NCBI GenBank assembly: GCA_964016885.1
Contig: CAXHJY010000054.1
Coordinates: forward strand, 62,001-126,000
DNA from: Eledone cirrhosa
Taxonomy: Eukaryota
Length of the DNA stretch: 64,000 bases
Direction of reading: 5' to 3'
A model generated the notes under the pieces. It searched no databases, was not told the origin of the DNA, and was given only the letters and a program-made list of their open reading frames with translations. Every line of letters starts with the position of its first letter. Within the stretch, counting starts at the first letter, position 1. This document shows, piece by piece, positions 1 to 12,000 of the stretch. The translations under genes and the position numbers were made by a program.

Positions 1-3000
1 GCTAAGCTAAGCTATCCTAAGCTAAGCTATCCTAAGCTATCCTAAGCTAAGCTATCCTAAGCTATCCTAAGCTAAGCTATCCTAAGCTAAGCTATCCTAA
101 GCTAAGCTATCCTAAGCTAAGCTAAGCTAAGCTATCCTAAGCTAACCTAAGATATCCTAAGCTAAGCTAAGCTAAGCTATCCTAAGCTAAGCTAAGCTAA
201 GCTACCTAAGCTAAGCTAAGCTAAGCTATCCTAAGCTAAGCTAAGCTAAGCTATCCTAAGCTAAGCTAAGCTATCCTAAGCTAAGCTAAGCTAAGCTATC
301 CTAAGCTAAGCTATCCTAAGCTATCCTAAGCTATCCTAAGCTAAGCTATCCTAAGCTAAGCTATCCTAAGCTAAGCTATCCTAAGCTATCCCAAGCTAAG
401 CTATCCTAAGCTAAGCTAAGCTAAGCTATCCTAAGCTATGCTATCCTAAGCTAAGCTATCCTAAGCTATCCTAAGCTAAGCTATCCTAAGCTATCCTAAG
501 CTAAGCTATCCTAAGCTATCCTAAGCTATCCTAAGCTAAGCTAAGCTAAGCTATCCAAAGCTAAGCTAAGCTAAGCTATCCTAAGCTATCCTAAGCTAAG
601 CTATCCTAAGCTAAGCTATCCTAAGCTATCCTAAGCTAAGCTATCCTAAGCTATCCTAAGCTAAGCTATCCTAAGCTAAGCTATCCTAAGATAAGCTATC
701 CTAAGCTATCCTAAGCTAAGCTATCCTAAGCTATCCTAAGCTAAGCTAAGCTAAGCTATCCTAAGCCAAGCTAAGCTAAGCTATCCTAAGCTAAGCTAAG
801 CTATCCTAAGCTAAGCTAAGCTAAGCTATCCTAAGCTAAGCTATCCTAAGCTAAGCTATCCTAAGCTATCCCAAGCTAAGCTATCCTAAGCTAAGCTAAG
901 CTAAGCTATCCTAAGCTAAGCTATCCTAAGCTAAGCTATCCTAAGCTATCCTAAGCTAAGCTAAGCTAAGCTATCCTAAGCTAAGCTAAGCTAAGCTTTC
1001 CAAAGCTAAGCTAAGCTAAGCTATCCAAAGCTAAGCTAAGCTAAGCTATCCAAAGCTAAGCTAAGCTAAGCTATCCAAAGCTAAGCTAAGCTAAGCTATC
1101 CTAAGCTATCCTAAGCTAAGCTATCCTAAGCTAAGCTATCCTAAGCTATCCTAAGCTAAGCTATCCTAAGCTATCCTAAGCTAAGCTATCCTAAGATAAG
1201 CTATCCTAAGCTATCCTAAGCTAAGCTATCCTAAGCTATCCTAAGCTAAGCTAAGCTAAGCTATCCTAAGCCAAGCTAAGCTAAGCTATCCTAAGCTAAG
1301 CTAAGCTAAGCTATCCTAAGCTAAGCTAAGCTAAGCTAAGCTAAGCTAAGCTATCCTAAGCTAAGCTAAGCTAAGCTATCCTAAGCTAAGCTAAGCTAAG
1401 CTAAGCTATCCTAAGCTAAGCTAAGCTAAGCTATCCTAAGCTAAGCTAAGCTAAGCTATCCTAAGCTAAGCTAAGCTAAGCTATCCTAAGCTAAGCTATC
1501 CTAAGCTAAGCTAAGCTAAGCTAAGTTATCCTAAGCTAAGCTAAGCTAAGCTATCCTAAGCTAAGCTAAGCTAAGCTATCCTAAGCTAAGCTAAGTTAAG
1601 CTATCCTAAGCTAAGCTAAGCTAAGCTATCCTAAGCTAAGCTAAGCTAAGCTATCCTAAGCTAAGCTAAGCTAAGCTATCCTAAGCTAAGCTAAGCTATC
1701 CTAAGCTAAGCTAAGCTAAGCTATCCTAAGCTAAGCTAAGCTAAGCTATCCTAAGCTAAGCTAAGCTAAGCTATCCTAAGCTAAGCTATCCTAAGCTAAC
1801 CTAAGCTAAGCTATCCTAAGCTAACCTAAGCTAAGCTATCCTAAGCAAAGCTAAGCTAAGCTATCCTAAGCTAAGCTAAGCTAAGCTATCCTAAGCTAAG
1901 CTAAGCTATCCTAAGCTAAGCTAAGCTATCCTAAGCTAAGCTAAGCTATCCTAAGCTAAGCTAAGCTAAGCTATCCTAAGCTAAGCTAAGCTAAGCTATC
2001 ATAAGCTAAGCTAAGCTAAGCTATCCTAAGCTAAGCTAAGCTAAGCTATCCTAAGCAAAGCTAAGCTAAGCTATCCTAAGCTAAGCTAAGCTATCCTAAG
2101 CTAAGCTAAGCTATCCTAAGCTAAGCTAAACTAAGCTATCCTAAGCTAAGCTAAGCTATCCTAAGCTATCCTAAGCTAAGCTATCCTAAGCTAAGCTATC
2201 CTAAGCTATCCTAAGCTAAGCTATCCTAAGCTAAGCTATCCTAAGCTATCCTAAGCTAAGCTATCCTAAGCTATCCTAAGCTAAGCTATCCTAAGCTAAG
2301 CTATCCTAAGCTAAGCTAAGCTAAGCTATCCTAAGCTAAGCTAAGCTAAGCTATCCTAAGCTAAGCTAAGCTAAGCTATCCTAAGCTAAGCTATCCTAAG
2401 CTAAGCTAAGCTCTCCTAAGCTAAGCTAAGCTAAGCTATCCTAAGCTAAGCTAATCTTTCCTAAGCTAAGCTAAGCTAAGCTATCCTAAGCTAAGCTAAT
2501 CTATCCTAAGCTAAGCTAAGCTAAGCTATCCTAAGCTAAGCTATCCTAAGCTAAGCTAAGCTAAGCTATCCTAAGCTAAGCTAAGCTATCCTAAGCTAAG
2601 CTAAGCTAAGCTATCCTAAGCTAAGCTATCCTAAGCTAAGCTAAGCTAAGCTATCCTAAGCTAAGCTAAGCTAAGCTATCCTAAGCTATCCTAAGCTATC
2701 CTAAGCTAACCTAAGCTAAGCTATCCTAAGCTAAGCTAAGCTAAGCTATCCTAAGCTAAGCTAAGCTAAGCTATCCTAAGCTAAGCTAAGCTATCCTAAG
2801 CTAAGCTAAGCTAAGCTATCCTAAGCTAAGCTAAGCTAGGCTATCCTAAGCTATCCTAAGGCTAAGCTATCCTAAGCTAAGCTAAGCTAAGCTATCCTAA
2901 GCTAAGCTAAGCTATCCTAAGCTAAGCTAAGCTAAGCTATCCTAAGCTAAGCTATCCTAAGCTATCCTAAGCTAAGCTATCCTAAGCTATCCTAAGCTAA

Positions 3001-6000
3001 GCTATCCTAAGCTAAGCTAAGCTAAGCTATCCTAAGCTAAGCTAAGCTAAGCTATCCTAAGCTAAGCTAAGCTAAGCTATCCTAAGCTAAGCTAAGCTAT
3101 CCTAAGCTAAGCTAAGCTAAGCTATCCTAAGCTAAGCTAAGCTAAGCTATCCTAAGCTAAGCTAAGCTAAGCTATCCTAAGCTATCCTAAGCTAAGCTAT
3201 CCTAAGCTAAGCTAAGCTAAGCTATCCTAAGCTATCCTAAGCTAAGCTATCCTAAGCTAAGCTAAGCTAAGCTATCCTAAGCTATCCTAAGCTATCCTAA
3301 GCTAAGCTAAGCTAAGCTATCCTAAGCTAAGCTAAGCTAAGCTATCCTAAGCTAAGCTAAGCTAAGCTATCCTAAGCTAAGCTAAGCTATCCTAAGCTAA
3401 GCTAAGCTAAGCTATCCTAAGCTAAGCTAAGCTAAGCTAATCCTAAGCAAGCTATCTAGCTAAGCTAAGCTATCCTAAGCTAAGCTAAGCTAAGCTATCC
3501 TAAGCTAAGCTAAGCTAAGCTATCCTAAGCTAAGCTAAGCTAAGCTATCCTAAGCTAAGCTATCCTAAGCTATCCTAAGCTAAGCTAAGCCTAAGCTAAT
3601 CCTAAGCTAAGCTATCCTAAGCTAAGCTATCCTAAGCTAAGCCTAAGCTATCCTAAGCTAAGCTAAGCTAAGCTTCCTAAGCTAAGCTAAAGCTATCCTA
3701 AGCTAAGCTAAGCTATCCTAAGCTAAGCTAAGCTATCCTAAGCTAAGCTAAGCTAAGCTATCCTAAGCTAAGCTAAGCTAAGCTATCCTAAGCTAAGCTA
3801 AGCTAAGCTATCCTAAGCTATCCTAAGCTATCCTAAGCTAAGCTATCCTAAGCTATCCTAAGCTAAGCTATCCTAAGCTATCCTAAGCTAAGCTAAGCTA
3901 AGCTATCCTAAGCTAAGCTAAGCTAAGCTATCCTAAGCTAAGCTAAGCTAAGCTATCCTAAGCTAAGCTAAGCTAAGCTATCCTAAGCTATCCTAAGCTA
4001 AGCTATCCTAAGCTAAGCTATCTAAGCTATCCTAAGCTAAGCTATCCTAAGCTATCCTAAGCTAAGCTATCCTAAGCTATCCTAAGCTAAGCTATCCTAA
4101 GCTAAGCTATCCTAAGCTATCCTAAGCTAAGCTAAGCTAACCTAAGCTAAGCTATCCTAAGCTAAGGCTAAGCTAAGCTATCCTAAGCTAAGCTAAGCTA
4201 AGCTATCCTAAGCTATCCTAAGCTAAGCTATCCTAAGCTAAGCTCTCCTAAGGCTAAGCTATCCTAAGCTATCCTAAGCTAAGCTATCCTAAGCTATCCT
4301 AAGCTAAGCTAAGCTAAGCTAAGCTAAGCTATCCTAAGCTAAGCTAAGCTACCTAAGCTAAGCTAAGCTAAGCTATCCTAAGCTAAGCTAAGCTAAGCTA
4401 CCTAAGCTAAGCTAAGCTAAGCTTTCCTAAGCTAAGCTAAGCTAAGCTATCCTAAGCTAAGCTAAGCTATCCTAAGCTAAGCTAAGCTAAGCTATCCTAA
4501 GCTAAGCTAAGCTAAGCTATCCTAAGCTAAGCTATCCTAAGCTAAGCTAAGCTAAGCTATCCTAAGCTAAGCTAAGCTAAGCTATCCTAAGCTAAGCTAA
4601 GCTATCCTAAGCTAAGCTAAGCTATCCTAAGCTAGCTAAGCTTAGCTATCCTAAGCTAAGCTAAGCTAAGCTATCCTAAGCTAAGCTAAGCTAAGCTATC
4701 CTAAGCTAAGCTAAGCTAAGCTATCCTAAGCTAAGCTAAGCTATCCTAAGCTATCCTAAGCTAAGCTATCCTAAGCTAAGCTAAGCTATCCTAAGCTAAG
4801 CTAAGCTAAGCTATCCTAAGCTAAGCTAAGCTAAGCTATCCTAAGCTAAGCTATCCTAAGCTATCCTAAGCTAAGCTAAGCTAAGCTAACCTAAGCTAAG
4901 CTATCTAAGCTAAGCTAAGCTAAGCTAACCTAAGCTAAGCTATCTAAGCTAAGCTATCCTAAGCTAAGCTATCCTAAGCTAAGCTATCCTAAGCTATCCT
5001 AAGCTATCTAAGCTAAGCTATCCTAAGCTAAGCTAAGCTATCCTAAGCTAAGCTAAGATAAGCTATCCTAAGCTAAGCTAAGCTAAGCTATCCTAAGCTA
5101 AGCTAAGCTAAGCTATCCTAAGCTAAGCTAGCTAAGCTATCCTAAGCTAAGCTAAGCTATCCTAAGCTAAGCTAAGCTAAGCTATCCTAAGCTAAGCTAA
5201 GCTATCCTAAGCTATCCTATGCTAAGCTATCTAAGCTAAGCTATCCTAAGCTATCCTAAGCTAAGCTATCCTAAGCTATCCTAAGCTAAGCTATCCTAAG
5301 CTATCCTAAGCTAAGCTATCCTAAGCTAAGCTAAGCTAAGCTATCCTAAGCTAAGCTAAGCTAAGCTATCCTAAGCTAAGCTAAGCTATCCTCAGCTAAG
5401 CTAAGCTAAGCTATCCTAAGCTATCCTAAGCTAAGCTATCCTAAGCTATCCTAAGCTAAGCTATCCTAAGCTATCCTAAGCTAAGCTAAGCTAAGCTATC
5501 CTAAGCTAAGCTAAGCTAAGCTAAGCTATCCTAAGCTAAGCTAAGCTAAGCTATCCTAAGCTAAGCTAAGCTAAGCTATCCTAAGCTAAGCTAAGCTATC
5601 CTCAGCTAAGCTAAGCTAAGCTATCCTAAGCTATCCTAAGCTATCCTAAGCTAAGCTATCCTAAGCTAAGCTATCCTAAGCTAAGCTATGCTAAGCTATC
5701 CTAAGCTAAGCTATCCTAAGCTATCCTAAGCTAAGCTAAGCTAAGCTATCCTAAGCTAAGCTAAGCTAAGCTATCCTAAGCTATCTAAGCTAAGCTATCC
5801 TAAGCTAAGCTATCCTAAGCTATCCTAAGCTAAGCTATCCTAAGCTATCCTAAGCTAAGCTATCCTAAGCTAAGCTATCCTAACTAAGCTATCCTAAGCT
5901 ATCCTAAGCTAAGCTATCCTAAGCTATCCTAAGCTAAGCTAAGCTAAGCTATCCTAAGCTAAGCTAAGCTAAGCTATCCTAAGCTAAGCTAAGCTAAGCT

Positions 6001-9000
6001 ATCCTAAGCCTAAGCTAAGCTAAGCTATCCTAAGCTAAGCTAAGCTAAGCTAAGCTAAGCTATCCTAAGCCAAGCTAAGCTAAGCTATCCTAAGCCAAGC
6101 TAAGCTAAGCTAAGCTAAGCTATCCTAAGCTAAGCTATCCTAAGCTAAGCTAAGCTATCCTAAGCTAAGCTAAGCTATCCTAAGCTAAGCTAAGCTAAGC
6201 TATCCTAAGCTAAGCTAAGCTAAGCTATCCTAAGCTAAGCTAAGCTAAGCTATCCTAAGCTAAGCCTAAGCTAAACTATCCTAAGCTAAGCTAAGCTATC
6301 CTAAGCTAAGCTAAGCTAAGCTATCCTAAGCTAAGCTAAGCTTTCCTAAGCTATCCTAAGCTAAGCTATCCTAAGCTAAGCTAAGCTAAGCTATCCTAAG
6401 CTAAGCTAAGCTATCCTAAGCTAAGCTAAGCTAAGCTCCCTAAGCTAAGCTAAGCCTAAGCTATCCTAAGCTAAGCTACGCTAAGCTATCCTAAGCTAAG
6501 CTAAGCTAAGCTATCCTAAGCTAAGCTAAGCTAAACTATCCTAAGCTAAGCTAAGCCATCCTAAGCTAAGCTAAGCTAAGCTATCCTAAGCTAAGCTAAG
6601 CTAAGCTTTCCTAAGCTATCCTAAGCTAAGCTATCCTAAGCTAAGCTAAGCTAAGCTATCCTAAGCTAAGCTAAGCTATCCTAAGCTAAGCTAAGCTAAG
6701 CTATCCTAAGCTATCCTAAGCCCTAAGCTATCCTAAGCTAAGCTATCCTAAGCTAAGCTATCCTAAGCTATTCTAAGCTAAGCTATCCTAAGCTATCCTA
6801 AGCTAAGCTATCCATAAGCTATCCTAAGCTAAGCTAAGCTAAGCTATCCTAAGCTAAGCTAAGCTAAGCTCTCCTAAGCTAAGCTAAGCTAAGCTATCCT
6901 AAGCTAAGCTAAGCTTTCCTAAGCTAAGCTAAGCTAAGCTATCCTAAGCTAAGCTAATCTATCCTAAGCTAAGCTAAGCTAAGCTATCCTAAGCTAAGCT
7001 AAGCTAAGCTATCCTAAGCTAAGCTAAGCTAAGCTATCCTAAGCTAAGCTATCCTAAGCTATCCTAAGCTATCCTAAGCTAAGCTAAGCTAAGCTATCCT
7101 AAGCTAAGCTAAGCTATCCTAAGCTAAGCTAAGCTAAGCTATCCTAAGCTATCCTAAGCTAAGCTAAGCTAAGCTATCCTAAGCTAAGCTAAGCTAAGCT
7201 CTCCTAAGCTAAGCTAAGCTAAGCTATCCTAAGCTAAGCTAAGCTTTCCTAAGCTAAGCTAAGCTAAGCTATCCTAAGCTAAGCTAATCTATCCTAAGCT
7301 AAGCTAAGCTAAGCTATCCTAAGCTAAGCTAAGCTAAGCTATCCTAAGCTAAGCTAAGCTAAGCTATCCTAAGCTAAGCTAAGCTATCCTAAGCTAAGCT
7401 AAGCTAAGCTATCCTAAGCTAAGCTAAGCTAAGCTATCCTAAGCTAAGCTAAGCTAAGCTATCCTAAGCTATCCTAAGCTATCCTAAGCTAAGCTAAGCT
7501 AAGCTATCCTAAGCTAAGCTAAGCTAAGCTATCCTAAGCTAAGCTAAGCTATCCTAAGCTAAGCTAAGCTAAGCTATCCTAAGCTAAGCTAAGCTAATCT
7601 ATCCTAAGCTATCCTAAGCTAAGCTATCCTAAGCTAAGCTAAGCTAAGCTATCCTAAGCTAAGCTAAGCTAAGCTATCCTAAGCTAAGCTAAGCTAAGCT
7701 ATCCTAAGCTAAGCTAAGCTAAGCTATCCTAAGCTAAGCTATCCTAAGCTATCCTAAGCTAAGCTAAGCTAAGCTAACCTAAGCTAAGCTATCCTAAGCT
7801 AAGCTATCCTAAGCTAAGCTATCCTAAGCTAAGCTAAGCTATCCTAAGCTAAGCTAAGCTAAACTATCCTAAGCTAAGCTAAGCTATCCTAAGCTAAGCT
7901 AAGCTAAGCTATCCTAAGCTAAGCTAAGCTAAGCTTTCCTAAGCTATCCTAAGCTAAGCTATCATAAGCTAAGCTAAGCTAAGCTATCCTAAGCTAAGCT
8001 AAGCTATCCTAAGCTAAGCTAAGCTAAGCTATCCTAAGCTAAGCTATCCTAAGCTATCCTAAGCTAAGCTATCCTAAGCTATCCTAAGCTAAGCTATCCT
8101 AAGCTAAGCTATCCTAAGCTAAGCTATTCTAAGCTAAGCTAAGCTAAGCTATCCTAAGCTAAGCTAAGCTATCCTAAGCTAAGCTAAGCTAAGCTATCCT
8201 AAGCTAAGCTAAGCTAAGCTATCCTAAGCTAAGCTAAGCTATCCTAAGCTAAGCTAAGCTAAGCTATCCTAAGCTAAGCTATCCTAAGCTAAGCTAAGCT
8301 AAGCTATCCTAAGCTAAGCTAAGCTAAGCTATCCTAAGCTAAGCTAAGCTAAGCTATCCTAAGCTAAGCTAAGCTATCCTAAGCTAAGCTAAGCTAAGCT
8401 ATCCTAAGCTAAGCTAAGCTATCCTAAGCTATCCTAAGCTAAGCTATCCTAAGCTAAGCTATCCTAAGCTATCCCAAGCTAAGCTATCCTAAGCTAAGCT
8501 AAGCTAAGCTATCCTAAGCTAAGCTATCCTAAGCTATCCTAAGCTAAGCTATCCTAATCTATCCTAAGCTAAGCTATCCTAAGCTATCCTAAGCTAAGCT
8601 ATCCTAAGCTATGCTAAGCTAAGCTAAGCTATCCTAAGCTATCCTAAGCTAAGCTATCCTAAGCTAAGCTATCGTAAGCTAAGCTATCCTAAGCTATCCT
8701 AAGCTAAGCTATCCTAAGCTATCCTAAGCTAAGCTATCCTAAGCTATCCTAAGCTAAGCTAAGCTAAGCTATCCTAAGCTAAGCTAAGCTAAGCTCTCCT
8801 AAGCTAAGCTAAGCTAAGCTATCCTAAGCTAAGCTAAGCTTTCCTAAGCTAAGCTAAGCTAAGCTATCCTAAGCTAAGCTAAGCTAAGCTATCCTAAGCT
8901 AAGCTAAGCTAAGCTATCCTAAGCTAAGCTAAGCTAAGCTATCCTAAGCTAAGCTAAGCTAAGCTATCCTAAGCTAAGCTAAGCTATCCTAAGCTAAGCT

Positions 9001-12000
9001 AAGCTAAGCTATCCTAAGCTAAGCTAAGCTAAGCTATCCTAAGCTAAGCTAAGCTAAGCTATCCTAAGCTATCCTAAGCTATCCTAAGCTAAGCTAAGCT
9101 AAGCTATCCTAAGCTAAGCTAAGCTATCCTAAGCTAAGCTAAGCTAAGCTATCCTAAGCTAAGCTAAGCTATCCTAAGCTAAGCTAAGCTAAGCTATCCT
9201 AAGCTAAGCTAAGCTATCCTAAGCTATCCTAAGCTAAGCTATCCTAAGCTAAGCTAAGCTAAGCTATCCTAAGCTAAGCTAAGCTAAGCTATCCTAAGCT
9301 AAGCTAAGCTAAGCTATCCTAAGCTAAGCTAAGCTAAGCTATCCTAAGCTAAGCTATCCTAAGCTATCCTAAGCTAAGCTAAGCTAAGCTAACCTAAGCT
9401 AAGCTATCCTAAGCTAAGCTATCCTAAGCTAAGCTATCCTAAGCTAAGCTAAGCTAAGCTATCCTAAGCTAAGCTAAGCTAAGCTATCCTAAGCTAAGCT
9501 AAGCTATCCTATCCTAAGCTAAGCTAAGCTAAGCTATCCTAAGCTAAGCTAAGCTATCCTAAGCTAAGCTAAGCTAAGCTATCCTAAGCTAAGCTAAGCT
9601 AAGCTATCCTAAGCTAAGCTAAGCTAAGCTATCCTAAGCTATCCTAAGCTAAGCTATCCTAAGCTATCCTAAGCTAAGCTATCCTAAGCTAAGCTATCCT
9701 AAGCTATCCTAAGCTAAGCTATCCTAAGCTATCCTAAGCTAAGCTATCCTAAGCTATGCTATCCTAAGCTAAGCTATCCTAAGCTATCCTAAGCTAAGCT
9801 ATCCTAAGCTAAGCTCTCCTAAGGTAAGCTATCCTAAGCTATCCTAAGCTAAGCTATCCTAAGCTATCCTAAGCTAAGCTAAGCTAAGCTCTCCTAAGCT
9901 AAGCTAAGCTAGGCTATCCTAAGCTAAGCTAAGCTAAGCTAAGCTAAGCTATCCTAAGCTAAGCTAAGCTAAGCTTACCTAAGCTAAGCTAAGCTAAGCT
10001 ATCCTAAGCTAAGCTAAGCTAAGCTATCCTAAGCTAAGCTAAGCTAAGCTATCCTAAGCTAAGCTAAGCTAAGCTATCCTAAGCTAAGCTAAGCTATCCT
10101 AAGCTAAGCTAAGCTAAGCTATCCTAAGCTAAGCTAAGCTATCCTAAGCTAAGCTAAGCTAAGCTATCCTAAGCTATCCTAAGCTATCCTAAGCTAAGCT
10201 AAGCTAAGCTATCCTAAGCTAAGCTAAGCTAAGCTATCCTAAGCTAAGCTAAGCTATCCTAAGCTAAGCTAAGCTAAGCTATCCTAAGCTAAGCTAAGCT
10301 AAGCAATCCTAAGCTATCCTAAGCTAAGCTATCCTAAGCTAAGCTAAGCTAAGCTAAGCTAAGCTATCCTAAGCTAAGCTATCCTAAGCTATCCTAAGCT
10401 AAGCTAAGCTAAGCTAACCTAAGCTAAGCTATCCTAAGCTAAGCTATCCTAAGCTAAGCTATCCTAAGCTAAGCTAAGCTAAGCTATCCTAAGCTAAGCT
10501 AAGCTAAGCTATCCTAAGCTAAGCTAAGCTATCCTAAGCTAAGCTAAGCTAAGCTATCCTAAGCTAAGCTAAGCTAAGCTATCCTAAGCTAAGCTAAGCT
10601 ATCCTAAGCTAAGCTAAGCTAAGCTATCCTAAGCTAAGCTAAGCTAAGCTATCCTAAGCTATCCTAAGCTAAGCTATCCTAAGCTAAGCTATCCTAAGCT
10701 ATCCTAAGCTAAGCTATCCTAAGCTATCCTAAGCTAAGCTATCCTAAGCTAAGCTAAGCTAAGCTATCCTAAGCTAAGCTATCCTAAGCTAAGCTATCCT
10801 AAGCTATTCTAAGCTAAGCTATCCTAAGCTATCCTAAGCTAAGCTATCCTAAGCTATCCTAAGCTAAGCTATCCTAAGCTATCCTAAGCTAAGCTAAGCT
10901 ATCCTAAGCTAAGCTAAGCTAAGCTAAGCTATCCTAAGCTAAGCTAAGCTAAGCTATCCTAAGCTAAGCTAAGCTAAGCTATCCTAAGCTATCCTAAGCT
11001 AAGCTATCCTAAGCTAAGCTATCCTAAGCTATCCTAAGCTAAGATATCCTAAGCTATCCTAAGCTAAGCTATCCTAAGCTAAGCTATCCTAAGCTAAGCT
11101 ATCCTAAGCTATCCTAAGCTAAGCTATCCTAAGCTATCCTAAGCTAAGCTAAGCTAAGCTATCCTAAGCTAAGCTAAGCTAAGCTATCCTAAGCTAAGCT
11201 AAGCTAAGCTTTCCTAAGCTATCCTAAGCTAAGCTATCCTAAGCTAAGCTATCCTAAGCTATCCTAAGCTAAGCTATCCTAAGCTATCCTAAGCTAAGCT
11301 ATCCTAAGCTATCCTAAGCTAAGCTATCCTAACCTAAGCTATCCTAAGCTATCCTAAGCTAAGCTATCCTAAGCTATTCTAAGCTAAGCTAAGCTAAGCT
11401 ATCCTAAGCTAAGCTAATCTATCCTAAGCTAAGCTAAGCTAAGCTATCCTAAGCTAAGCTAAGCTAAGCTATCCTAAGCTAAGCTAAGCTAAGCTATCCT
11501 AAGCTAAGCTAAGCTAAGCTAAGCTATCCTAAGCTAAGCTAAGCTATCCTAAGCTATCCTAAGCTAAGCTAAGCTAAGCTATCCTAAGCTAAGCTAAGCT
11601 AAGCTATCCTAAGCTAAGCTAAGCTAAGCTATCCTAAGCTAAGCTAAGCTATCCTAAGCTAAGCTAAGCTAAGCTATCCTAAGCTAAGCTAAGCTATCCT
11701 AAGCTAAGCTAAGCTAAGCTATCCTAAGCTAAGCTAAGCTAAGCTATCCTAAGCTAAGCTAAGCTAAGCTATCCTAAGCTAAGCTATCCTAAGCTAAGCT
11801 AAGCTAAGCTAAGCTAACCTAAGCTAAGCTATCCTAAGCTAAGCTAAGCTAAGCTATCCTAAGCTAAGCTAAGCTAAGCTATCCTAAGCTAAGCTATCCT
11901 AAGCTAAGCTATCCTAAGCTAAGCTATCCTAAGCTATCCTAAGCTAAGCTATCCTAAGCTAAGCTCTCCTAAGGTAAGCTATCCTAAGCTATCCTAAGCT

